A stretch of 64,000 nt of DNA, taken from positions 5,704,001-5,768,000 of the forward strand of contig CM022669.1 of assembly GCA_012295275.1 (NCBI GenBank). The letters are read 5' to 3'. This DNA comes from Chrysomallon squamiferum. Taxonomy: Eukaryota > Animalia > Mollusca. Positions 27,901 to 41,114 of the stretch are shown one piece after another. Position numbers and translations under genes: made by a program. The notes under the pieces are model-generated. The model worked only from the letters and a program-made list of their open reading frames with translations, was not told where the DNA came from and searched no databases. How positions within the stretch are numbered: the stretch's first letter is position 1; the number at the start of each line of letters is the position of its first letter.

Positions 27901-30422
27901 GTTTTTATTATTATTTTTATTATTGATGATGGATGATGATAATTAGATTTTAATTTTTTTTTTTTTTTTTTTTAAATGTTTATTTATTTATTTTGGCATT
28001 TACAAAATACTGCATGCTTAAGAAAAAGTTAATAACTAAAATGTTATTAGTTACAACAAATGTAAATTTTTTTGGTTTATGAGATATTGCAATGTTTAAA
28101 AAAGTATTGTTAGTTTTGGAAATCTTTATATTTAAATTATTATTTTTTATTTTTTTTTAGTTTTAAAATTTAATAAAAATTTGTTATTTTTTTGTTGTTG
28201 TTCTAAGTTTTAAAATTTAATAAAAATTTGTTATTTTATTATTATTTTTTAAGTTTTAAAATTAACATTTTGGAATACTGGAGGTTGCTTTTTAAAATTA
28301 AAATAATAAAATAAAATTAATAATAATCCTACCATTAAATGGAAAAAACGCATATGATAATTTGCTGTTTCTGAAGTTGTTGACTTGGAAAGGAATTGTT
28401 AAAAGCAAATATTTCTGGAAAAGGATAATATTTAAAAAAAAAAAAAAAAAAAAATAAAATACAAAAATTAAAAAGTGCACCTTATTCAAAAAACATATGT
28501 TAACATTAACTTGCATTATTTATACTGACATTATTTTTAAGAAATATATTCTTCTTTGCCTGTGGCTATGTGTGTGTAAAACCCAGATAAGCTTCAGTTC
28601 AGTTATCCATGATTATAACAAGGTTAAACCTGAGTGCAGTTCATAGTACATGGTTCTTTCTAAAGGTACCTGCCCAGATAGTTCAGTTCAGCAGTCCATT
28701 AAAGCATAGAAAATATTCCAGTTTGATGTGCATACTTCTCAGTAGGATTCACCCAGGGTTCTGTGTGCATAACACAAATATGACTTGATTAAAGAATGCA
28801 CTATATTCGATTAATATGCACTTGCAGTAACCTAGTTTTACATAAATATACGTTTTATATTTTTTCCTTTTTCTTCCTTTTTTTCATTCTGTTTTTCTTT
28901 CTTTCTTTTGTTTATTTTATTTTATTTTTAAAACTAATTCTATTGTTGTTTTCAAAAATGCACTGCAGGCTGGCAGTGAAAAAATACTTGAGTGACAGTA
29001 ATATATAGTTAGGAATGTATGAAGAATATTTCTCATGACAGTAATGTACAAGTTCATTATATATATAGTCTGGTTTTCATGATAGTAATGCACATTCTTT
29101 TCACAGTGTATGTAAATATATATATATATCCTTTTCATAAACATCTAGTAAACCAAAGAATGTTTGTAAGAAATTTTTATATAAAATTTACTTAATGTTA
29201 ACTTAATATATCTGTAGTTAATTTTGAAATATAATTTTATATATTCAGAAGTTATTTCCATAGTTTAACATTGTATTTTAACAAGTTTCCTTAAATTTAA
29301 TATTCACTATTACAAAATATATAATTTTTAAAATAGTTAATGTGTATTTAATGTAGTAGTTTCCACTATTATAATATTAACATCATTGTTTTACACTGTG
29401 TATATAAACAATGATTTCCATTACATTTTTGTACCTAATCATCCCAGTGTATTTTAAATAGTTTTAATAATTTATAATTATTGATTTCTGTGACATTACT
29501 GTAGTAGTTTCCACTGTTGTATATTGATAGCATTAGTATCATTGATTTGCAATGTATGTTTAAAGTTTTTTTTAAAGATTTCCATTATTACATTAATACA
29601 AACAGACATAAAAAGGTTTCTACTGCACATTTTTCGCAATGTATCAAAGAAAATTTCCATGACATTTTTACAAATTCTACATTTGTTATTACAGTCTGAG
29701 AATTATATTAGTTTTTGTGACTTTTTTTGTTGTTGTTTGTTTTTGTTTTTGAAAGTACACTGTATGCTTCAAGAGTTCAAGCAAAAAGTAAAATAATAAA
29801 AAAATAAAATAAAATAATGGGGAAAAAATGTTTTTGTTGTTTAAATTAAATTTTGTCTATCATTATAATAATTATTTTTAAACTTGCAGTGTTACATAAC
29901 TGCTTTAGCAACATTTAAATTTTTTTTTTTTTTTAAATGTTTATATTGTTAAAGGAAGTGTATACTTAACAATGGTATATTTTTTATTTTAGTGTATTGT
30001 TTATTTTTCAGGATGTTCGGAGGGAGTCGCTGGCAAGGTTCAGCAAATCTTGTCCTGCTCTTGACATCCAGGGACGATGTTCACCAGTCTCTCCCATAGA
30101 TGAAACAGGTCAGTTAAATAAATAATTAAAACAGCACAAATATATCAGAGGTAGTAATAATCATAATCAGACTGTTGTGTCCAAAAATACATCTGTTGAG
30201 AGCTTTGAGCTTAAACTTTAAAGTTTGTAAAATTGTCTGTTTTTCTTTTGCTACTGTTGTTTCTTCTTCTGCTAATACCACTGTCTCCTACTATGACTTC
30301 TGCTGAAATTACCAACACAACTACTGCCACTACTATTACTACTACTGCTGCTGCTACTGCTGCTGCTACTACGATTACAACAACAACAACAACAACAACT
30401 ACAACTACAACTACAACTACTA

Positions 30423-30453
<31 letters not shown>

Positions 30454-32581
30454 GTACTACTACTACTACTACTACCACTAGTACTACTTTTAATGTTGTA
30501 TTTTCTTTTTCATTAACTCATTTTGTTTCTTTCTTTTCTGGGTGATTTTTTCATAAGTGACATTATAAAATGCTGTAATTAGCTAGCTGTGAGTAAGAAA
30601 ATAATTATATACTGTTTGGGAACCTTAGTGACAGTTTCAAAGGATCTCAAGCCCCTTTGTACCCTGAAGGCTATGAGTATTTTACGCTGTTTGTTTCTTG
30701 TAACGAAAGGATATATTTGCTGATAAAAAAAAATAATAAAGAAATGTTCTTTATTAATGTAAAAGGACGTTTTTACTGTTACATACAGGTATATTTAATA
30801 TAATCAAATATTATATTTACTACTATCCAAGGATCTATTTAGTGTTATCAAGAGATGTATTTACTGTTATCAAAGAATGTATTTACAGTTATAGAAGGTT
30901 ATATATTTACATTTATGAAGGGATAAATTTACAAATTAGGATCTATTGACTTGACAATTCAGCTAGATTTTCTGTCGTCATCATTGGCCAACTTGGCAAA
31001 TTCAGCAGAATTAGCTTCCAATGGGAATCAATAAAATGTGCTTTCTGTCAGATCTTCATATTTGCTGTAGATTAAAATAACCAGCTTTAATGTAGTTTAT
31101 TATACTGATCACAAAAAGTTAAGTACAGCATCAATACTGCATCCAGATAGTGGGTACTCTGTTCTTTTAACAATGATGTGGAGATGTTCTTGTTGTTACT
31201 GTATTATGCTATGCCTTATCTGAAGGTACATCACTAATTCAGGCTCAGATACACTGTTATCTAGCCAAGCCATCATTCCATTTTATTCCAGAAAAAAGTT
31301 TATATGTAAACTTCACTGAAATTTAAGCATTAAAAGTTTTAATGCTGAAAAATGTCTTTCTCATGACCATGCACTTCTAAGTCAGATGATTTGTTTTGTC
31401 ATTAGATCTGTTTTAAGAAATCAAACATAATTTTGATTCTGAATTCCTTTTGCAAGATGTTTTCAACTGATAACTAAACAAACTATGTAGAAGAGACTCA
31501 TGCACATACAGTCTTAATTTCATTGGCTGCACCTGCAGTCTAATTTTTTATCATTTGACCTGTTAAGTTCTTAAAGTAAAAAAAAAATTATTAACAAAAC
31601 TAAAAAATTTGAATTCTTAACGTGTTGTGAGCAGTATATTACTGGATTTCTGTAGATGCAGTGGTATTACTGTGACTTTCTGTAAAAAATAATTACTTTT
31701 TGATATCCAGAAATGTTAATATATAATTATTTGTAAGATAGAAAAGATAATTGTTTAATAGTATTATTTAATTTTGGTTTTGACTTGGGGTTTTTTGAAA
31801 TTCTTTTATTCCTTTCTGATTTTTAGTTAAATTTATTTAATCTAACTTATTTATATTTATTTTTAATAACAGTTGTCTACCAAGATAGCAACAAATCGAA
31901 ATAACAAATTTATAACTGTCTTTTCCTACACTAGAAAACAAAATGATCTCAAGCACTTTGTATTTTTTATTTTCTTGTACATTAGATGATTATTCTTTTA
32001 TTGTTTTTGTTGTTTTTAAAATTAAAAAACCCCCACAAAAGCAGTAACTTCTAATCAAGCCAGAAAATTCTTGTAACAAGTACCCTGTGACAAAGCTGAA
32101 TCATGTTTTTCACTTTTCTCCTTAAACACTATTAATGTAAATCCTTTTTTTTTTTTTCTCTCTTTCTGTCTCTCTTTTCCACTCAACCTCACGTCCAATT
32201 TGTCCTCATCTAGTTTCTGTTTTGTTCACTGTACTAAACACAAGCCAGTAGTTATCTCTTAATAAAAATCCAATCAGGCTGTCAATTGTTACTAATCAGA
32301 CAGATGTAAATAATGCTTTCTACCTAAATTAGAACACGTTTTTGTTCACATTGTCATGTGGAAGACATGATAAATCTACTTGGAAAGAAAGGATGTTGTA
32401 GAGATTTACATTTTAAAAATATTTTTCCTTGTTTTTTAAAAAATATACATACATTTTTATACTATGTATGGTTTCCTTTTTGAAAAATGTGAATTATGAT
32501 AAAATTTGAGTAAAATATCTTCAGTTTTATAAACAAACAAACAAACAAACAAACAAACAAACAAACAAATAACTAAATAAC

Positions 32582-32617
<36 letters not shown>

Positions 32618-35600
32618 TAATTAATAATTAAAGAAATAAATGGTAATAGTAACATTACAAAAAAAAAAAAAATCTAAAAGATACAGAAAATTATTTAGTA
32701 ATTTAGAAATTAATATATATATTTTTTTTTATGTTTCACATTTATAATGACAATAATAATAATAATAATAAAAACAAGTTCTTCATGTATATATTTTTGT
32801 TTTGCTTATTTATTTGTTTTTTTAAACAAAATATTCTACTTTTCTTCTTCAAATTTAACATCAGACTTTCAAAAAAAAAAAAAAAATGATAAACTGAGCT
32901 TGAAAACTCAGGTGTAATAATTGGGAAACATCTGCTTAATGCCTGCCTACCTGGTAATTAATTCTTCACAAACAGCCTGACCAATGTTTTTCTCCTGATC
33001 AAACAGACTCAGTTTATTCATATTATTTGCTCTGCTCTGATCAAAGCCATAATTGTAACGAATTAGTTAATTACAAGATTTCTATACAGCCACTTTTATC
33101 TCTGAAAGCTTTGCTGATTAATGAATAAATGACCTTGAGATTTGTTGTTTATTGAGACTGACTGTCAGGTGAAACTGAGCCAGGTTTTCAAAAAAGTCTG
33201 TGTGTGTGTGTATGTGGGGGGAAAGATTGATATGTGTAATTCATCATTATTCAAAATATCTCAGTTATGAACATTTATCATAAGTAGAAAATATCTCATA
33301 TATTTATCATAGAGATAATATATATTACAGATGCATAAATAATTTAAAAATAAATTCTTTTAAAAGATTTTTTTTTTCTCTTTAAAATGAAGTCGATATA
33401 TTGTATCTGTAGTTATAAATTTTTAACTATGAACGAGAAAATTGTAATAGATGTGACAAAAACTGAGACGGTTCATCACAGAAGCCAGCTAATCTGTTTA
33501 GTTAAATTTTATGTTGATGTCTAATAATTTCATTACAAGATTTGATCTCTCCATGACATTCACATAACCAAATTTGGATTTTATTAATATTTGACATTAA
33601 CCCTTGAAATTTGATGTGTTTTGTTCAGAATTTTTTTTTTTTTTTAAAATAATGATAATATAATAATAAACATAACAGCAACAACAATAATAATAAAAAA
33701 AAACATATATAAAATAATAAACAAATAAATAATAATATTAATAATAATAACAAAATTTTAAAAATAAATAGGGAATTAAAAAAAAAAATAAAAAATAAAA
33801 AAAGGAAATCAAAAGATAATATATCAATAAAATAAATAAATGAAAACATATTCCAAGATAATAATATAGCAAAAAAAAAAAAAAAAAAAAAAAAAATAAT
33901 AATAATAATAATAACAATAATAACAATAATAATAATAATAATAAAAAAGGAAAAAGTGATAAAAACTAAAAATAAAATAAAGTAATCAGGGGTAAAAATT
34001 GTCAGAAAGAGAAAATCAATCACAGCGGTTTGGTTCGAGTACAGCAAAGATAAATGATTTCTTCAAAAGCCGCGCAGCTGATTGCAAAGCGCCGCTAACA
34101 AAGAGGTGGTTAAACTCGAGATCGGCAGATAACCGATAGCTGTACAGAGCTCCAATCCGCATGACAACCCTGATTGCCGCTGCAGTAGGCGGCGTTCACG
34201 AGGAATTTATTGATGTTTTACCATTGTATGTCTTCTTTTTTGTTTACTCACTCTAACGAAGCGAGGTGGCTGTTGTAGTCAGTGTCACCCAAGACGATGT
34301 GACTGTTGTGTCATCTAGAAGGTGTCATAACACAAGAGTAACATCATTTCGGAGATCTGCATTTAGCCGTTCGCCGAGTTTTTTGTCACCAGGGTGATTC
34401 TAAATCTATAAGTACGCAATAAGTAAACTTTGAACTGTTGAATGTTAAGGTGACATATTGGATCTTCATACTGGATGGAAAGTGTCATTTTTATCAACGT
34501 GATGGATTCCTTATCATCCTTGTTGTGGATTTTAATCCACGTGCTGAAATGATTTTGGTGATACATGGAATTCAGCAGGGACTGTTTTACTCCTGTGGAT
34601 TAAATCGCGTTGATCCTTAAATCCACGGATTTCAGGTTATTATTTTTATACGACAATTAATCTGATGTGTGATTGATTTATTGGACTTTTCTGTCATGCT
34701 GAATATTTGTGATGGATTTTATAGTTTTTCAATTAATTTGTCTTCTTACTTTTTGGAAAAAAAATGGATTTCTGTGTCTTTATTTTTTATTCCTTAATGG
34801 CAGTGTTCTCAGAATGATAAATTTATTTTATTTTATTTTTTTAAATTTATATGTTTATAACTATATTTCTTCTTTGTAGATTGTATAATTTGAAATTGAT
34901 ATACCAATTATCATTTTTTATTTAATCTGCCTTTTTATTATAAATTATATCACAAAAGAACGGGATAGATTCAAATGTTTATGCACTATTTGAAACTGAA
35001 AGATAATAATTATTATTTTATTTAAGTTACATGTTGAAAACAGGAATTTAAAAAAAAGAAAAAAAGAATGACTGCTGTAAATGTTTATTAATTAATTGTG
35101 AATTATCCTTAAAATTGCAAATTTTAATTGTTATAAGTTACAGGCTTAAGAAAATGGACTTTTTTCTTTTTTTTTGGTAAATAAAAGTGTAATTTCAAAA
35201 ATTTTAAAGTAAAATAAAAACAGCTTTTTTAACAAAATAGACTGTTGCATATTTCTCCAGTACTGATTGCTTTATTTCAAGCTCGTGTTCTACCATTCAT
35301 TGCTCCTACTTTTGTCTTTACATTATTAATTGCAGCTTTTAATGAAATGAATTTCTGCACTTTCATCAACAGTGGATTTACTTTTTCTTTTTAATTGAAT
35401 TGATTTATTACAATAACAGTTTTATTTCTTTTTTAAAAATACAAAAAGTCAGTATGGCATTTTGTTCATTAGTGTGTTTATCTTTCAGTTTTATGTTTTC
35501 TGTTGTTCTCTTTTTTTCCTGCAGTTTCTAATTAGTGTATTTTTGTTACAATTAACAGGTATTAAAGAGAAATTAATTTTTTTGTTTGTTCACTCAGTGT

Positions 35601-38600
35601 GGAATATATTACTTTTTATTTTATTTTATTTTTTTTTAACTGGATTCTTCTGAAATTTGTACTTGGAAAATGTTAGCTTGTCTTTAAAAATAATTATAAT
35701 TTTACAGTGGATAATAATTTCATCATCATTGTAAAGTTATTTTGGATCTCTATAACATTGCAACTTACTATTCTTCAGTAACAATTGAGGTGAATTATGG
35801 ATAATGAGATTGAAATCTTTAAAAGAGTGCTGTTTTAATTTGTTTTTACTCTGTGCATGCCCACCCACATACAAATACATGCATGTATTTATATTTTAAA
35901 TGTCTTAAAATTAAGAAAGTGCATCTAAGAAATTCATTGCTGCTGATTATTACAAGTATCATATTGATTGGTACCTGCAAATATCTTTTCTAAATTGTTC
36001 AGATTACTAATTTGATTTCAGAATTGTCTGAGACCTACACACTTTTCTGTTTCTTTGTCTCAGAAGTATGTTATACTTGGACAAAGACTTCAGGTTTTGT
36101 AGGAGAGTTTTACTTACAATGGTTTACATGGAAATGTGTTTTCAGTTTGATTTGGGGGAAAACAGGCCTGCATTGTTGGTCATTGTTTTGATTTGAACAT
36201 GTGGTGTATGTATTGTGTGAGTGTGTGTGTGTGTATGTGTTGTGTGAGTGAGTGTTAGTGTGTGTGTATGTGTGTTTTAAAGTACACACATTGTTTAGTT
36301 GTGTGGTGATAGTATATTATTATGAAGGGTTTGTGTTATTCACTAGGATCAGGAGAGTTTTTATATTTTACCATGGAAACTTTTATATTTTACCAACTAA
36401 ACGTTTATGTTTTACCAAGGAATCTTTTATATTTAACCAAGGGAACTTTTATAATTTAACATGGATGCTTTTATATTTTACCAAGGAATCTTTTATATTT
36501 TACCAGGAGAACTTCTATAATTTAACAAGGAAACTTTTATAATTTACCAAGGAAACTTTTATATTTTACCAATGGAACTTCTATAATTTACCAAGGGAAC
36601 TTCTATAATTTACCAAGGAAAGATTTACAATTTACCAAGGAAACTTTTATATTTTACCAAGGAAACTTTCATATTTTACTGATTGAACTTTATTGTTTTA
36701 CAAAGGAAACTTTGGAATAGGTTATCTGGTGCTGGTTTATTCTGTGCATGGTTTTAGAATTATTCACTGTTCTGTTGTTTGTTACAGATATTGTACTGAA
36801 AAGATTTCTAATAAAATAGTTTGTTTATAATTCTTTCAGGGTTATTGAAGATCTTACTTTGATTAATTTTTCATTGGTTGATTATGTTTCGAAAGATGTT
36901 ATCTTGGTTGATTGGTTGGATGCGTTGTTAGGTTTCTTGAATGATTGTTTGTTTAACTGTATGGTTGGCTGTCTATAATTTCAACTGATGAAAATAATTT
37001 ATAAATTTATAAATTTTGTATTGTTATTATTATTATTGTTATTGTTATTGTTATTGATATTGTTATTGTTATTGTTATTGTTTTAGAACATCATAAATCT
37101 ATGCTACAACTGGCTGAGGGGGAGACAACTCTGCCTCACCCAGAACGGGCAGGTTTTGTGGTGAATTCCTACTTCCACGACTCGACTGGCCAAGATTCTG
37201 ATGCACTGAGTGACGGAAACATCCGCATCTGTGTCAACGGCATAACGGTGGACAGTACCACAGATTACCAGGACGATGCTGATAATCAGGATGGTTACCA
37301 TGACTGCCAGTCTCAGACAGGTAGCTGGTGTTCAGATGACGTGAACCCTGATCACAAGCTGCAGCAGATGGCAAGAGCCAGAGTTCTGGCACTAACAGGG
37401 AAGAGGTCAGTGTTGTTACCCATTTTAACATGAACTGTAAACGATTCAGTTGTATTTGCAACCTCTTAATACAAAACACATTAATTTTCTGATATCATAA
37501 GGGAATAAATACACAAGAAAACACACAACAGAAGTTTTTCATATGCATACTCAAACATGTCCAGTCTTACAAGTTTGTGTATTTTTCTTGTCAATCCTTC
37601 TTAAAATATCTGTGTAAAAACAACACTATGTAAGTTAGAAACCGCAGGTCAGATAGTGGCCATCAACAGAATCTAAACTGTTCTTTTTCATAATGATCAA
37701 CACATTTTGAATTAATTAATTTTTCTCATTTAATCAAACTAATTTGTAACTTGATTTCGTCTCTTTGGACTAATATCGTTTCTGGTTTTTCTGATTATTG
37801 ATTTTAATCTTGAACATCTCTCTGTAGTTTAAGTTTGAACAGTTTGGAGGGTTCTGATGAGGGGGAGTTTCAGGATGCTCAGTGGTCCCCCTCGAAAAGC
37901 GGCAGAAGTCTCAGTACTGGTATGGACTCCAGAACCAACTTCTCCCCGGGAAGTTTTTCGCATGGGTACTCGGACGTGTCCCGTCCAACAGGTTTGTGTA
38001 CATTTCTTGTCCATCCTTGTTAGAACATCTGTGTATCAAACACTGATATTTTATATAAACACTGTATAAACCATATTTCAGATAATTAGCTAAATTTTCA
38101 GTGTAATGATCATACTGGAATTCTTCATCTAAACAGCTTCATTCATGTGCTGGAATATTTTATTTAAGTTTCATTATAGTCATTTTATTAGGATATTGTT
38201 CAAATAGTAGCAAATTTTGTGTGTTAGAATATTTCATTCACATATTGGAGTTTTGACTACTTCTGTCATTAATGTAATATAAATATAACTATCAGTTTAA
38301 TGTAGTTCATGTAGTGTAATTTCGTTACAGTTTTACTATTAAAATGAGTTGAACTGATATCCTGGGATATCACTGTTGCAAATATACATTTCACACGCTA
38401 TGATACCCTTGCTATAATTAAGAAAGTTTAATAAACATATAATTAACTATCAGAATATTTTAACTGTAAAAATGCAAAATCCATATAATTTGCACACTGT
38501 TCAATTTACCCAAGTCTAAGTTCAATATAATTGAGATATCATTGTAATTACACACATATAATCCACATGTAATTTGCTGTAATTCAAGGAATTGAATACT

Positions 38601-40108
38601 GGTTTAATCATATATCACCACATCTTTGTTACTATAGGAAAGAAATATTAATATTATTAACTTACTGGGAGTGATTATTGGTTATTATATTGCTTGATAT
38701 AATGTCATATGTCAGGAAATCACTGAAATTGTAGGAAAGAAATATCAGTATATTTAATATACTGGGATTCATTATGGTTATTAATGATGCAAGTATCAAT
38801 ATATTTAACATATTGTGATTTAATTATTGTTATTAATTATACAAGTATCGTATAACCACATTTCTCAGTATAATATATTACCAGTGAGATTACACTGTTG
38901 TAAAATAACAGTGTGATATCAATGTATAATCCACACACTGATTTTGATAACCAGAATTACAAACATAAATAGATGTTAATACCATCAGCAAAGTAAACAC
39001 ATTTGTTATTATTAGATCAATGGACCTGCAAAATGCATACGTTTCTGTAAGCTAAATAATCCATGTGATTGATAACCCAAGAGACATTTGTATGTTGTGT
39101 GTGTGTGTGTGTGTCTCTCTATTGGAATTACTGTCTGATTTCATCTGGAGAAAACATCAATACAGTCAAGTAATGGGAATAGTGTACTGGTTAAACTGGC
39201 TGTCTTGTCTGTTTGGAATATCATGTGATATGTGATAGACAAGTATAATTTACCAGAAAGTATGGTTATATGTAGAAGTTAATGTGTGTTGTAGTGTGTT
39301 TTGTTATATTTTATTATTACTATTTTTATGATTATTATTATTATTTTAATTTTTTTTTCTTCTTTTTTTTCTGGGGCATGTCAATTTGTATGTGAATGCT
39401 TTTTGTTTCCATTTATATTGTTTGTGTACATATTGCTTTTCATTTCTGTTTTATTAGTTTGCAATTTATATTTTTTGAGAACTTTTCCTTTTTATTTATT
39501 TAATTTTATATATTTATTTTATTATTATTGGTTATTTTTTCTTTATATATTTGTTTGTGCAGATGAGTGTCTCTCTCTCTCTATCTGTCTCTCTGTCTCT
39601 CTCTCTGACTCTCTGTCACTCTCTCTCTGTAATTTTTATTACTGCCTTCTTTCAATGCTGTAACAAAATTGCCACCATTTGAAACAAAGTTATCTTCTTG
39701 TTTTGAGAATCCAATCTTAGTTGAAGATTATGGAAATAATAAACTAGACAGTGAGCTATTAAAACAAGTGATTGTTGCAACCACAGCTAAACCTCTGATA
39801 GAAACTAGAAAATGAAATGTGATAGGACAATGTGGGAAACAGCTGGGAAAAACTCGTCAGAAGAGTTTCAGTGTTGTCTGCCCAACACTTGTGAAATACA
39901 CTTCATTAATGTCGAGTCTAACTCAATCAGTTAAAACCTAATGTAGTTCCCTTCACTTAGTGAGTCCCAGTAAAAGCTAACTGCTTTATTCTTAAATTAC
40001 CTTTATTCTGTTGATTTCCTTTTTTCCTTTTTATTAGTTTTGGTTATCCATCTCTTATCTATCTACATCTGTCTGAATGTATGTGTTTCTGTATGTCTTT
40101 CTCTTTCC

Positions 40109-40194
<86 letters not shown>

Positions 40195-41077
40195 ATCTAT
40201 ATATCTATATATATATTATGTATGCAGTCTTGAATCTACCATGTTGGTTTATAGTTGTAAAGTGAGTTTTTAGAAATTCATTGTGTATGCAGTCTTGAGT
40301 CCACCATACGTATCATTTATAACTCTGTCTGTTCCATTGTGCATCACATTTCATGGACTTAAGTACACTGTAGTTCTGATTTACAGGCTTCAGACCATTG
40401 TACAATTAATTTTATCGTCTTTGATCTTCAACTTATTTTATAAGCTGCAGTCTGTTGTGTGTTAAAGACTTCAGTCTGTTTTGTATTTGAGTTAAAGACT
40501 TCAGTCTATTGTGTATTTAAGTATATGGCCTCAGTCCTTGGAGGTTTTTGTCCATTGTGCAATATATCCCAGTAAACTGTGTAGTTCAGATCATGTCCAG
40601 TGTACAATCATTTTCAAGTTTATTAATTATATAAGTGAATTACATCCAATATTATCAATCATGCAGTGAATGAAATAGAACAGAAAAAATAATAAAATAA
40701 AGATCTGGTACATAATTCTTCTCACTGTCTCAAGTATTAATCTCTATATTTCAAAATTTTCATTTCATTTTGTCATTTCTTTTCCCAAATCTTCTTCTGT
40801 CAGCCAAGCTTATCACTTAACTAAACATTGCTGAAAACAACAAAAGAATTTTGTATATTGTATATGTTGTATTATCACAGCAGAAAATGTCCCTAATGAC
40901 ATGTAACCTAGCAACAAAAATGAAACTTCCTCACGCTGTATACACAGATATATCTGTGGCTACTAGGAGCTTGTATTATGAAGAAAAAGAAAGGTTGAAA
41001 CTTTCATCTGATGCTTGCTTTTGTACTTGTTCTCATTACACTAATAATGGTGTTGAATAGCTTTAATTATTACAATA

Positions 41078-41114
<37 letters not shown>

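Noticed and set aside
30233-30478. Signal peptide plus mucin-like Thr-rich ORF
   Set aside because: Non-ATG start, built from trinucleotide microsatellites and ending in poly-Tyr
33625-34047. 140-aa hydrophobic minus-strand ORF (apparent membrane protein)
   Set aside because: Translation of A-rich/(AAT)n low-complexity DNA
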